NCBI GenBank assembly: GCA_029855935.1
Contig: JAGSHN010000025.1
Location: forward strand, 128,001-192,000
DNA from: Candidatus Thorarchaeota archaeon
Lineage (GTDB): Archaea > Asgardarchaeota > Thorarchaeia > Thorarchaeales > Thorarchaeaceae
Length of the DNA stretch: 64,000 nucleotides
Direction: 5' to 3'
Shown: one piece after another, positions 10,063 through 20,474 of the stretch
How positions within the stretch are numbered: the first letter of the stretch is position 1
Layout of the letters: each line of letters opens with the position of its first letter
Notes under the pieces: model-generated
What the model saw: only the letters and a program-made list of their open reading frames with translations
What the model was told of the DNA's origin: nothing
Database searches by the model: none
Position numbers and translations under genes: made by a program

Positions 10063-11352
10063 ATGATGGCTGAGAGTACGGAAGTGGCCACGAGGTTTGA
10101 GAGAGGAACGCTCGTTGCGAAGCTGTCCACAGCAGCAATGGTCTTCCTGACGGTCATCAAGGGGTATGTGGGCCTAGTGTATGGAAGTGTCGCACTTGTG
10201 GCCGATGCACTCAACTCCCTCTCAGATATTCTTGCCTCGGCGCTGATATGGTCCGGGCTTGTGATGGTGAGCAGACCTCCCAACGAGAGGTTTCCGTATG
10301 GATACTACCGCGTGGAGTCGATAGCCACGCTCCTCGTTTCCCTGATGATTGCCGCCTCCGGTGTTGAGATAGTGATTCAGGCGGTTCATAGGCTGCTCAA
10401 TCCCCAGCCGCTAGTGGATGCCGGAGTACCGCTTGTGGCTGCAGCGATATCTATGTTCACCTACTACATTCTCTCGGTCTACAAGAAGCGTGTGGGAAGG
10501 GACATAGGGAGTTCCAGCCTGGTTGCAGACAGTACTCACTCGATGGTGGACGTGTACGCCGGACTACTGGTGTTTGTGGGAATAGTCTTCTCATCGATGA
10601 AGATGTCGATAGTTGAGATTCTTGTGGCATTCGGACTTGGAGTCTACGTCATCCTGCAGGGTGCTGATTTCGCCAAGGGTGCTGTCCTTGCCCTGATGGA
10701 CGCCGGAGTGCGACCCGAGGTGGTCGACGAGGTCAAGAGAATAGCCGGACAGATAGACGGTGTGGTAGACGTCCACGATGTCAGGGTGAGATACGCCGGA
10801 CCCGTGTGCTTCGCTGAGATGCACCTCACGGTGACGCGCGACCTGACGATTGACGAGGCACACGAGATTGCCGACATTGTGGAGGAGAGGCTCCGTGAGA
10901 GAATTCCTGAGATGGAGACCGTGACGATACACACGGAGCCAGACGGGAGGGTCAGAAAGCGGCTTGGCGTCCCTGTGGACGGGGGCGAAGACCTCAACGC
11001 TACGGTGAGTCATCACTTCTCCAAAGCCCCCCGGTTTGTGATAGTTGAGGTGGGACCTGAGGGCGTCAGGAGTACACAGCCCATCGACAATCCGGCCGTC
11101 ACGATGGAGAAGAGAAGAGGGGTCACCACTGCTAACGTGCTGACACAGAAACACGTCACCGCAATCGTCGTGGACAGAATAGGGGAGGGACCATTCGACA
11201 TCCTTCAGGGGAGGCACATCGTGATATACGCACTCCCAGAGGGCGCCACGACAGTGGGGCAAGTGGTGGAGGCCTATCTTGAGGGACGCCTGAAACGACT
11301 GAGGTCCCCAACGCAGACCCACGACCAGCAAGTGCCGCACGAGGGTGAGTAG
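10063..11352 (+). CDS. Cation diffusion facilitator fused to a C-terminal NifB/NifX-type (FeMo-cofactor-binding fold) domain
   Basis: ADALNSLSD, FPYGYYRVE, DSTHSMVD, ZT-dimer EAHEIAD...IHTEP, then VSHHFSKAPRF...IGEGP. Confidence 0.88.
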   Translation: MMAESTEVATRFERGTLVAKLSTAAMVFLTVIKGYVGLVYGSVALVADALNSLSDILASALIWSGLVMVSRPPNERFPYGYYRVESIATLLVSLMIAASGVEIVIQAVHRLLNPQPLVDAGVPLVAAAISMFTYYILSVYKKRVGRDIGSSSLVADSTHSMVDVYAGLLVFVGIVFSSMKMSIVEILVAFGLGVYVILQGADFAKGAVLALMDAGVRPEVVDEVKRIAGQIDGVVDVHDVRVRYAGPVCFAEMHLTVTRDLTIDEAHEIADIVEERLRERIPEMETVTIHTEPDGRVRKRLGVPVDGGEDLNATVSHHFSKAPRFVIVEVGPEGVRSTQPIDNPAVTMEKRRGVTTANVLTQKHVTAIVVDRIGEGPFDILQGRHIVIYALPEGATTVGQVVEAYLEGRLKRLRSPTQTHDQQVPHEGE

Positions 11353-11423
11353 AACACTCTCGAGACCAATGCCCAAAAGAACGGCATAGAGCCAGTGAAA
11401 CAGACGATGCCGCGACTGTCTCG

Positions 11424-12158
11424 TCACATCAGATCCTTGATCTTGCGGATGGCTCCGCCTGGAGCAACGCCCTTGGGGCAGACCCGTACGCAGTTCATGA
11501 CAAGGTCACATAGTGGTGCCCCATTCGGTGCCTTTGCCGCTTCAAGATAACGTTCCGGCTCGGCGACCCTAGTGTCATTGTAGAACCGCCACGCCTTGGC
11601 CAGTGCGGCAGGACCGACATACTCCGGATGCTCCGCATTGACGGGACACGAGCCGTAGCACAACGCACATAGAATGCAGTTGACGTACCGGCTGATGCGC
11701 TGCCGGTCCTCTGGACTCTGACTGCGAGGGCTATCACCCTCTTCGGGCTCGACCCATAGACGCATCTTGCGGAGAGCCTTGAAGAATGGCTCCATGTCCA
11801 CGACGAGGTCCTTCAGGAGGGGCAGGTTCGGCAGCGGCTCCACCAACACCTCGTTCTTCGGGTCCCATCCGGAGGGGATATTCTCAAGAGCAGAAAAGGG
11901 ACGCAGTCTGACTGACAGATCTGGGAGTTCCAGTATCTGGGTTCTACAGGCCAGCATTGGGACCTTGTTGATCAGCATCGCACAGCTGCCGCAGACAGCG
12001 CCCCTGCACGAGTATCTGAATGCCAGTGACGGGTCCATCAGGTCCTGAATCTGAAACAAGGCGTCAAGGACCGTCATACCCTTCTCAGCACTGACCTTGT
12101 AGAGGTCATAGTGGGTCACCTGGCCACCCTTGCGACTTCTGGCAACACGGAACATCAT
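11424..12158 (-). CDS. sdhB: Succinate dehydrogenase/fumarate reductase iron-sulfur subunit
   Basis: SCRGAVCGSC, CILCALCYGSCP, CDLVMNCVRVCPKG; DLVVD. Confidence 0.93.
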   Translation of the reverse strand: MMFRVARSRKGGQVTHYDLYKVSAEKGMTVLDALFQIQDLMDPSLAFRYSCRGAVCGSCAMLINKVPMLACRTQILELPDLSVRLRPFSALENIPSGWDPKNEVLVEPLPNLPLLKDLVVDMEPFFKALRKMRLWVEPEEGDSPRSQSPEDRQRISRYVNCILCALCYGSCPVNAEHPEYVGPAALAKAWRFYNDTRVAEPERYLEAAKAPNGAPLCDLVMNCVRVCPKGVAPGGAIRKIKDLM

Positions 12159-13838
12159 CTAGTACGTCCTCTCCTTTACCTCGAATCTTCCCAGTGTCAC
12201 ATCCTTGTATGTGACTTTCAGTCCCTCAGCGGTCTTTGTTATTAGCGTGTGCTTGAGGAACCTCTTGTCATCGCGTGCAGGAAAGTCGGTTCTCCAGTGT
12301 GCTCCCCGGCTCTCCTCGCGCTTCAGTGCCCCCAGTACTATCGTTTCGGCAAGGTCCAGCATATTGCCAAGCTCAAGAGTTCGAATGAGGGCGTAGTTGA
12401 ACCGCTCATCACTATCACCGAGTGCCACCTTCTGGTAGCGCTCTCTCAATCGACCGATCTCTCTGAAGGCGTGGGTCAGCCCCTCAGCGTCTCTGAAGAC
12501 ACCAGCATACTCATCCATAGCCCTGTGCATTGCCTTCCGAATGGTGGCCGGACTCTCACCTCGTTCCCGCATCAGGATACGCTGTAGCCGTTGACGCTCT
12601 GAGAAAACCTGTTCGTCCACTGCTGCGGAGTCGGGAGAAGACGCAGACTTGAGATATTCGCCAACAGCCTGACCGACGACGCGCCCGAAGACAAGGGTCT
12701 CCAGCAGAGAGTTGCCGCCAAGACGATTGGCACCGTGGACACTCATACACGCCGTCTCACCGACTGCATAAAGCCCGGACAGGACGGTCTCCCCGCGCAC
12801 ATTGCAATCAATGCCACCCATCGAGTAGTGCTGACCCGGTACAACAGGGATAGGCTCGTCAATCGGATCGATGCCCGCAAAGTGAATGCATATCTCACGG
12901 ATGCCGGGCAGACGCTCCTTTATCCTGTCAGCACCGAGATGACGGAGATCGAGATGTACATAGCCATCCTCGAATCCACGACCCTCGATTATCTCAGTTC
13001 TGATGGCCCTGGCAACTATGTCTCTGGGTGCGAGCTCCATCTTCTCGGGGGCGTACCGTTGCATAAACCGCTCTCCATCTGCATTCAGCAGATGACCACC
13101 CTCACCGCGCGCGCCCTCAGTGATGAGAATGTTCGAGCCATACAGTGTAGTGGGATGGAACTGGACAAACTCCATGTCCTTCAGCGGAACGCCCGTACGC
13201 AGACAGACGGCCGCACCGTCGCCCGTGTTGATCAGTGCATTGGTCGAGTTGCCGTAGATTCTCCCGAATCCGCCCGTCGCTATGACAACCGCACGGGCGC
13301 CTATACCATGTACCTGACCCGTAGGTATCTTGAGGGCCGTGACACCGCACACACGATCGCCACACCTCACCAGTGAGGTGACGAACCACTCCTCGTAGAA
13401 GTGTACTCCTCTACGAAGCGCCTGCTCATATGTGGTGTGAAGCAGATTGTGGCCAGTCCTGTCAGCAGCGTAGCAGGTCCTTGGAAATCCGGCGCCACCA
13501 AAGGGGCGCTGCGCAATCCTGCCATCCGGTGTCCGTGAGAAGGCTGTGCCCCATCTCTCGTTCTCAATCACAGCAAGGGGAGCATTCCTCGCAAGCACCT
13601 CGACTACGTCCTGGTCGGCGAGATAGTCTGATCCCTTGACAGTGTCGAACGCGTGGCTCTCCCACGAGTCGTCGGGACGGAGAGCAGCATTGATTCCGCC
13701 CTGAGCAGCAACCGAGTGTGACCTGAGTGGATGCACCTTTGTCAGAACAACAACGTCGAAGCTGTCTGCCAGCTCTATCGCCACGCGCAGACCGGACAGG
13801 CCAGCACCGACCACCACTACGTCATGAAGATAGTCCAT
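12159..13838 (-). CDS. sdhA: Succinate dehydrogenase/fumarate reductase flavoprotein subunit
   Basis: GAGLSG, RSHSVAAQGG (covalent-FAD His), QFHPT, TEGARGEG, HYSMGG, HGANRLGGNSL, ESRGAH; start set at MDYLHD. Confidence 0.95.
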   Translation of the reverse strand: MDYLHDVVVVGAGLSGLRVAIELADSFDVVVLTKVHPLRSHSVAAQGGINAALRPDDSWESHAFDTVKGSDYLADQDVVEVLARNAPLAVIENERWGTAFSRTPDGRIAQRPFGGAGFPRTCYAADRTGHNLLHTTYEQALRRGVHFYEEWFVTSLVRCGDRVCGVTALKIPTGQVHGIGARAVVIATGGFGRIYGNSTNALINTGDGAAVCLRTGVPLKDMEFVQFHPTTLYGSNILITEGARGEGGHLLNADGERFMQRYAPEKMELAPRDIVARAIRTEIIEGRGFEDGYVHLDLRHLGADRIKERLPGIREICIHFAGIDPIDEPIPVVPGQHYSMGGIDCNVRGETVLSGLYAVGETACMSVHGANRLGGNSLLETLVFGRVVGQAVGEYLKSASSPDSAAVDEQVFSERQRLQRILMRERGESPATIRKAMHRAMDEYAGVFRDAEGLTHAFREIGRLRERYQKVALGDSDERFNYALIRTLELGNMLDLAETIVLGALKREESRGAHWRTDFPARDDKRFLKHTLITKTAEGLKVTYKDVTLGRFEVKERTY

Positions 13839-13901
13839 CGTATCGACCTCGACCGAGATGAGAAGTCTATGCAAATGGCCTATTAGGCGTTTCCGGAGGG
13901 C

Positions 13902-15287
13902 TCACACCATCTTGCGGGGGTCGAGCAGCTCGTCCAGACCCTCCACCTCAAGGCCCATTTCTTCTACGACCTTGCGTACGCTGTGGCCCGACCTCAGAGC
14001 CTCCTGTGCGATCTCCGCCGCCTTGTCGTATCCGATGACCGGTGCAAGACGGGTCACAATCATCAAGTCTTGATCGAGCGTCTGCTCGATTCGTTCGGTG
14101 TTTGGCTTAAGGCCATTGAGGCACCTCTCAGCAAAGGACACCATGGCATTGCTCAGGATGTGAAGGGACTCGATGATCGCAGTGATGATGAGGGGCTTGG
14201 CCACGTTGAGATCGAGATTACTGAGGACGCCCTCACCAAGGGAGATACAGAGGTCGTTCGCCATCACCCTCAGACACACCTGCGCCAACATCTCGGCCTG
14301 AGTTGGGTTGACCTTTCCAGGCATGATTGACGAGCCGGGCTCATTCTCTGGCAGAACCAGCTCCGCCAGACCAGCTCGTGGCCCCGAGGCCATCAACCGG
14401 ATGTCATTGGCCATCTTCAGCAGGGCAAGGGCGAGTGACCGCAGAGCGCCGCCCAGCCGGGCAAAGACGTTATGCGAGGCGATGGCCTCGGCCCTCAGGC
14501 CAGACGCGCGAAGAGGCAGTCCGGTCTCCTTCTCAAGATGACGCACGACAGTCTCGCCGAAGTCCTCTGGCGCATTCAATCCCGTGCCAAGGGCGGTCCC
14601 GCCAATCGGTAGAACAGACAGGTCGTCCCGCACGTGCTGAATGCCTGCTAGAGCGGAGAGCACATGATGGTGGTACACTCTGAACTCCATAGCCAGTGGT
14701 ATCGGCACGGCGTCCTGAAGATGGGTACGCCCCACCTTCACGATCCCCTGGAACTCCTCAATTTTCTTCTCAAGCACATGTATGAGATGTTCAGCCCCCG
14801 GGATGAGGTCGTCCGACAACATCTCAAGAGCACAGAGATGCATGGCAGTCGGTATCACATCATTCGACGACTGGCTCATATTCACGTGATCATTGGGGTG
14901 GACTGGCGACTTGGTTCCAAGAGGCTGCCCAAGTATCTCGTTTGCCCGGTTTGCCACGACCTCATTCATATTCATGTTTGTCTGAGTCCCAGAGCCGCTC
15001 TGATAGATGTCCACCGGGAACTGACTGAGGAGTTTCCTCTCCTCGATTATCTCGTCCAGTGCCTCAAGAATCGCCTGACCGAGCTCAGGATCCAATCTAC
15101 CCAGCTCCATATTGGCCAGCGCGCACGCCCTCTTGACGCGGGCGAGGGCAATGATGAATCTCTCAGGCAGCCCCTTGCCGCTTATGTCAAAGTTCTGCCG
15201 CGCACGCTCCGTGACAGCCCCCCAGTATGCGTGAGCGGGGACCCTCACCGGTCCAAGAGAGTCCCTCTCCTCGCGTTCCCGTCTCAT
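13902..15287 (-). CDS. fumC: Class II fumarate hydratase
   Basis: GSGTQTNMNMNE, SQSSND, GRTHLQDA, signature GSSIMPGKVNP. Confidence 0.92.
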   Translation of the reverse strand: MRREREERDSLGPVRVPAHAYWGAVTERARQNFDISGKGLPERFIIALARVKRACALANMELGRLDPELGQAILEALDEIIEERKLLSQFPVDIYQSGSGTQTNMNMNEVVANRANEILGQPLGTKSPVHPNDHVNMSQSSNDVIPTAMHLCALEMLSDDLIPGAEHLIHVLEKKIEEFQGIVKVGRTHLQDAVPIPLAMEFRVYHHHVLSALAGIQHVRDDLSVLPIGGTALGTGLNAPEDFGETVVRHLEKETGLPLRASGLRAEAIASHNVFARLGGALRSLALALLKMANDIRLMASGPRAGLAELVLPENEPGSSIMPGKVNPTQAEMLAQVCLRVMANDLCISLGEGVLSNLDLNVAKPLIITAIIESLHILSNAMVSFAERCLNGLKPNTERIEQTLDQDLMIVTRLAPVIGYDKAAEIAQEALRSGHSVRKVVEEMGLEVEGLDELLDPRKMV

Positions 15288-15312
15288 TGTGAGTCCCCCG
15301 GTCAGCTGACCA

Positions 15313-16179
15313 TCACACTCGCAGACGGTCGATGATCTCCTCCAGCAATTTCAGGTCGGTCGCGTGGTCGCGAAGGCGCCCCTCGGGGACGGAGAGCCCC
15401 TCGATGAGCAGTGGCCCCTCTCCACGGTAGAAGACCCCCACTGGAATACGTTCGCTGCTATCCATTGCACGCTGTAGCGCAGCAATGCGGTCGCTGGGAT
15501 CATGACCATCCTCTTCTAGCCGATAGATGCGTTCGTTGTAGTAGCGCCACGTGAGCTTTCGGTTCCACGTGACGCACGGCTGGATGATGTCCAGCACGGC
15601 AAAGCCGCGATGCGTGATGGCCTCCTTCATCAGCCCGACCAGTGACTTCTGATCTCCGGCGTAGCCTCGCGCAACAAAGGTGGCACCTGCAACTATCGCG
15701 TGAGCGACACCGTTCACCGGGTCCATAGGCGCGCCCGGTGGCGGCGGCGAGGTCTTTGAGACGTATCCGCGCGGCGATGAGGGCGAGTACTGGCCCTTTG
15801 TCAGAGCGTTGACGCCGTTGTTGTGAACGAACACCGCAATATCGACATTCCTCCGGGCTGCGTGAATGAAATGGCCCAGACCCTCGGCGTAGCAGTCGCC
15901 GTCACCAGTATGTACTATGATACGCAGGTCCCGGTTGGCCATCCGCAGACCAGTCGCTACCGGGATTGGCCGACCGTGAAGAGTGTGGAAGGAGTTCAGG
16001 TTGATGTAGTGCGGGGTCTTGCCTGAACATCCGATGCCCGAAACGAGGACGTAGTCATGACGCGGGATGTCCAGCTCCATCACAGCCTTCTTCAGTGCTG
16101 CGAGTATGCCGAAGTTTCCGCACCCTGTACACCACGTGATCTTCTGCGGCGGTGCGAGCTCTTCTGCTGTGATTGTCAC
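15313..16179 (-). CDS. korB: 2-oxoacid:ferredoxin oxidoreductase beta subunit
   Basis: WCTGCGN, GIGCS, TLHGR, GDGD, TKGQYSP, QPCVT; GTG start overlaps the alpha-subunit stop after GGAGGTGA. Confidence 0.92.
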   Translation of the reverse strand: MTITAEELAPPQKITWCTGCGNFGILAALKKAVMELDIPRHDYVLVSGIGCSGKTPHYINLNSFHTLHGRPIPVATGLRMANRDLRIIVHTGDGDCYAEGLGHFIHAARRNVDIAVFVHNNGVNALTKGQYSPSSPRGYVSKTSPPPPGAPMDPVNGVAHAIVAGATFVARGYAGDQKSLVGLMKEAITHRGFAVLDIIQPCVTWNRKLTWRYYNERIYRLEEDGHDPSDRIAALQRAMDSSERIPVGVFYRGEGPLLIEGLSVPEGRLRDHATDLKLLEEIIDRLRV

Positions 16180-17891
16180 GCGATCACCTCCCTGACCCGG
16201 TCCATCACCCATCGAGGCGTCATGGGTCGCCCATCGAACTTGTTGATGTGGCCGTCAAAAGTATGACCTGTCTCCATCGTGACGAGATGGGCGAACTGAG
16301 ATGTTGCGTTCTGTTCGACCGAGACGACACGCTCGGACGACGCAAACATCTCTTCAAGACGACCCGTCCGCAATGGGTAGATGTCCGTGAAGTGAAGATG
16401 GGCGATGGTACGGTCCTCCTTCTCATTGAGTATGGTGACCGCCTCCCGGATGGCGCCCCAGGTCGTGCCCCAAGATACTATCGTCAGCTCAGGATTGTCC
16501 GGTCCGTAGAGGTCAGGCTCGCGAAGCGACTCCCGGATGGCAGGTATCTTCTTTATGAACTTCTCGACCATTGCATCTCTAAGGCTGGGGTCCTCCGTTA
16601 TGTGACCGTTCTCGAGATGTGCATTGCCTGAGGAGACTACCACCACTCCCGGGTCACCCGGGAAGGCACGTGGAGAGATGCCGTCCTCAGTCAGCAGGTA
16701 CCTCTGGTACTGGTCTTGAGAGCCATCATAGAGCTTCCCCCGGTCGATCGTGACGCCTGGGACATCGAGCCCCTCGATGTTCATAGCCGAGTCGGCCAAG
16801 TACTGATCGCCCAGCACAATGGCGGGGACCTGAAACCGGTCAGCCAGATTGAAGGCCCTCACTACCGCCTCGAAGGCGTCCACAGGATCCCTCGGTGCAA
16901 ATACCACTCTCGGAAACTCTCCCTGACTGGCAAACAGAGTGAACAGAAGATCAGACTGCTCGGTGCGTGTGGGCAGCCCCGTACTGGGGCCGGGTCTCTG
17001 AGCATTGTAGATCACCACAGGCGTCTCGGTCATACCTGCTAGGCCGAGAGCCTCGACCATGAGCGAGAACCCCCCGCCCGATGTTGAGACAAAGGAGCGT
17101 ACGCCGCCGTACGATGCGCCAATTGCCATAGCCAGCGCAGCTATCTCATCCTCCGTCTGCAGTACGCCAATGCCGAGTTCGCGCGCGTGACTCACTATCT
17201 CCACAAAGGCACCAGTCGAGGGGCTCATGGGATAGGCGGCCACCCACTTGGCATTCGCAGCCATCGCACCGAAGGCCACAGCCTGATTTCCAGTGACGAC
17301 TAGGCGTGCGGTGGCCTTCCCGGGCCTCAGGTCACGGAGGAGAGTTCGACAGCTCCCCGTAAATCGTTCTGCCGTGAAGTCGTAGAGAGCCTGCGCCACC
17401 CGGATGTTTCTCTCGACGACATCCGAGCCCTTCGCACTGAAGATGTCACTCAGGACCTCCTTCGCAAGATCAAAGGGAAAGCCGACAACTGACAGCAGAG
17501 CGCCAAGGGCCGCTGCATTTGTCATCCGTGTCGAACCGCCCACAGACTTTGCAGTCTTGGACAGAGGAGCTGGAAAGTGACACTGCTCTGAGGGCTCGAA
17601 GTCGAGCCGATCGTCGTAGATGATCACCCCGTCTGCGACAAGCTGGTCCCTCTTTCCGGTTATGGCATCCTTCGAGAGCGCAACGATGACGTGAATATCA
17701 TCCACCGGGCAGTGAACAGGCCTGTCAGAGACCCGTATCTGGGTGAAGTTATAGCCGCCACGTATCCGTGACTCGAAGTCCTTCACCGTGAAGGTGTACA
17801 GCCCATTCCGGACGAACACCTTGGTGAGAAGATCGCCGATGGTGTCAATGCCCTGTCCGGCCATGCCACCAATGTTGAACGTGATATCCAT
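16176..17891 (-). CDS. korA: 2-oxoacid:ferredoxin oxidoreductase alpha subunit (gamma-alpha fusion)
   Basis: GGMAGQG, SRIRGG, AYPMSPS, EDEIAA, STSGGGFSLM, QRPGPSTGLPT. Confidence 0.93.
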   Translation of the reverse strand: MDITFNIGGMAGQGIDTIGDLLTKVFVRNGLYTFTVKDFESRIRGGYNFTQIRVSDRPVHCPVDDIHVIVALSKDAITGKRDQLVADGVIIYDDRLDFEPSEQCHFPAPLSKTAKSVGGSTRMTNAAALGALLSVVGFPFDLAKEVLSDIFSAKGSDVVERNIRVAQALYDFTAERFTGSCRTLLRDLRPGKATARLVVTGNQAVAFGAMAANAKWVAAYPMSPSTGAFVEIVSHARELGIGVLQTEDEIAALAMAIGASYGGVRSFVSTSGGGFSLMVEALGLAGMTETPVVIYNAQRPGPSTGLPTRTEQSDLLFTLFASQGEFPRVVFAPRDPVDAFEAVVRAFNLADRFQVPAIVLGDQYLADSAMNIEGLDVPGVTIDRGKLYDGSQDQYQRYLLTEDGISPRAFPGDPGVVVVSSGNAHLENGHITEDPSLRDAMVEKFIKKIPAIRESLREPDLYGPDNPELTIVSWGTTWGAIREAVTILNEKEDRTIAHLHFTDIYPLRTGRLEEMFASSERVVSVEQNATSQFAHLVTMETGHTFDGHINKFDGRPMTPRWVMDRVREVIA

Positions 17892-18128
17892 TCATCCTCA
17901 CCAGTCCATCTCAGATGAGGGTCACATAGGGGGCGTTGGTTATTGCCCTTTTGGTAGCGACCAATTGCGAAGGCCAACACTGAGAGGAACACATGGATAT
18001 GGGGGCAGCGAGTCCTGGTCTGTCCGAACAAGTTTCGGTTCTGCGACGGCCGTCATCCTATGACTCGAAAGGTCTGCCGAGCCCCGCAACCAAAAGGTAA
18101 TATCGTTCAGACACACCCATCATCTGGA

Positions 18129-20474
18129 ATGACCGAGCGCACGGAACGTCTCAAGAGGCATGTCTTGGACGCACAACCGACAATATCTGCGGAGCGGGCG
18201 AGGCTCTTCACAGAATATCTGAGAGAACATGAGGACCAGCCCACTGTCCTCCGACTTGCCGGAGCCTTTGCCCACGTACTTCGAAACATGACGGTCCGGA
18301 TTGAGCCGGGCGAGATCATAGTGGGCAATATGGGCCCAACTCCTCGTTCCTGCTAGGTCTTCCCAGAATACAGCTGGACGTGGATTGAGAGCGAGCTGGA
18401 CCGCTTTGAGAAACGTCGTACCGAGAGGTTCGCAATATCGGAGGAGGACAAAGAAGCTCTGAGAGAGATGTTCCGGTACTGGAGAGGCAGGAGCATCGCA
18501 GAGATCGCGCAAGAGAAGATGCCTCCCGAGTCGATAGCTGCGTCAAAGACGGGTCTGTTCACCATCGGTGCGCCTGGGACAGGAATAGGTCACGTAATCG
18601 TGAACTACAAACGAGTCCTCCAGAGAGGTCTTGAGGCGATCATAGAAGACATCAGAGCCATCAAGGAGTCGGCGGTGGACGACCACAAGAGGATGGTCTA
18701 CGAGGCGATGGAGATAGAGCTCCGCGCCGCAATTGAGTACGCTGAGAGATTCGCCGACCTCGCTGAGCGAATGACTGGTGGGGAAGAAGGCGCACAGAGA
18801 AGAGAGGAACTCCTCTAGATAGCACGCGTATGCAGACACGTCCCAAGACGTCCTGCACGAACCTTCCACGAGGCTTTGCAGTCATTCTGGTTCATTCACT
18901 TGCTCGTGCAGACAGAGTCGAATGGCCACTCCATCTCCACGGGCCGATTCGACCAATACATGTACCCGTTCTTTCAAGAGGATGTGAACAGTGAGATGCT
19001 CACTAGGGAGGAGGCCATCGAGCTCCTTGAGTGCCTGTGGATAAAGTTCACCTCTCTGATCAAGCTCCGTGACGAGTACTACAGCACAGCCTTTGCTGGC
19101 CATCCGATGTTTCAGAACTTGACAATTGGCGGGGTCGACGCTGACGGAAATGACGCCTGCAACGAACTCACGGAACTCATTCTGGTAGCCACTGGGAATA
19201 TCAAGGTCACCCAACCCACTGTGTCATTCAGATGGCATAGAGGCACCCCTGAGAAGATGAAGCGACTTGTGGTCGATGTCATCTCAAAGGGCCTTGGCAT
19301 GCCCGGCCTCTTCAACGATGAGGTCATAATCCCGATGATGCTGAGGAAGGGGACCGACCCCGAAGAGGCCTGGAACTATGCGATACTGGGTTGCGTGGAG
19401 CCGATCATTGCTGGCAAGACCGATGCGCGCCCGGACATCGGCTACATCAACATCCCCAAGATCCTTGAGATCACACTGAACAATGGTCACGACCCAAAGA
19501 CAGGCAGGCTGGTCGGTGTCGAGACAGGTGACCCGAGAGAGTGGACCTCGTTCGAACAGCTATGGGACGCCTTCGTCCGGCAGATGGACCACGCTGTCGA
19601 GCTCCTGACACGCGCTGACAGAGTCGCCGCAGGACTTCACGCGGAGCTGAAGCCGACACCCTTCAGCTCAGCACTGATTGATGGATGCATTGAGTCAGGT
19701 AAGACGATGCAGGAGGGTGGTGCAGTCTACAACTCAGGAGGAATAATGGGCGTCGGAATCGGCATCGCAACAGACTCACTCGAGATGGTCAGGAAGCATG
19801 TCTTTGAGAACCGTGATGTGAGTATGGACACGCTTCTTGATGCACTGTCAAAGGACTACGAGGGTTATGAAGAACTGCAGGCGAGACTCCAGTCGGATCC
19901 CTCCAAATACGGCAATGACATAGAGCGGGTTGATTTCCTCGCTTGAGATGTGGGCAGGGCATTCTGTGAGGCTGTCCAGAGCCGGGAGACTACGCGCGGC
20001 GGACCGTATCACGGTGCGCTATTCTCAGTGTCCACGTACATCCCGCAGGGAGAGGTGGTCGGTGCGACGCCTGATGGACGACTCACCGGCTATATGCTGT
20101 CAGACGGTGTGTCGCCAACACAGAATCGCGACACTCACGGCCCGACAGCCGCTACGAGATCAGTGGCACGTCTTGACCACGGACTGTACTTCGATGGCAC
20201 ACTGTACAACATGAAATTCACACCTGATATGTTCTCGACTCCAGCCAAGAGAGAGAAGTTCATCGGCCTGATAGATGGCTACTTCAGACTCGGTGGGCTA
20301 CACGTCCAGTTCAACGTGGTCTCAAGAGAGGTACTTGAGGATGCGAAGGTACATCCGGAGAGCCACCGTGATCTCATAGTCCGTGTTGCTGGCTACAGTG
20401 CATACTTCATCGAACTCGACCCGTTCGTACAGGACAGGATCATCGCCCGGACGGAGTTCTCCTCCGCTAGATGA
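18129..20474 (+). pseudogene. Glycyl radical enzyme (glycerol/propanediol dehydratase-like) interrupted by three in-frame stops; pseudogene or recoded
   Basis: Four ORF fragments share one frame. Stops are TAG 18354-18356, TAG 18816-18818 and TGA 19944-19946. Read-through gives 781 codons with VFPEYS, ESNGHSIS, GRFDQY, GCVEP and RVAGYSA. Confidence 0.88.

Noticed and set aside
18354-19946. Genome-wide reassignment of TAG (Pyl/Gln) or TGA (Sec/Trp)
   Set aside because: Many conserved genes here end at their natural C-termini with TAG (sdhA, trxB, HMGCS, porB, hppA) or TGA (lig, thermosome, fumC). Only the GRE has internal stops.
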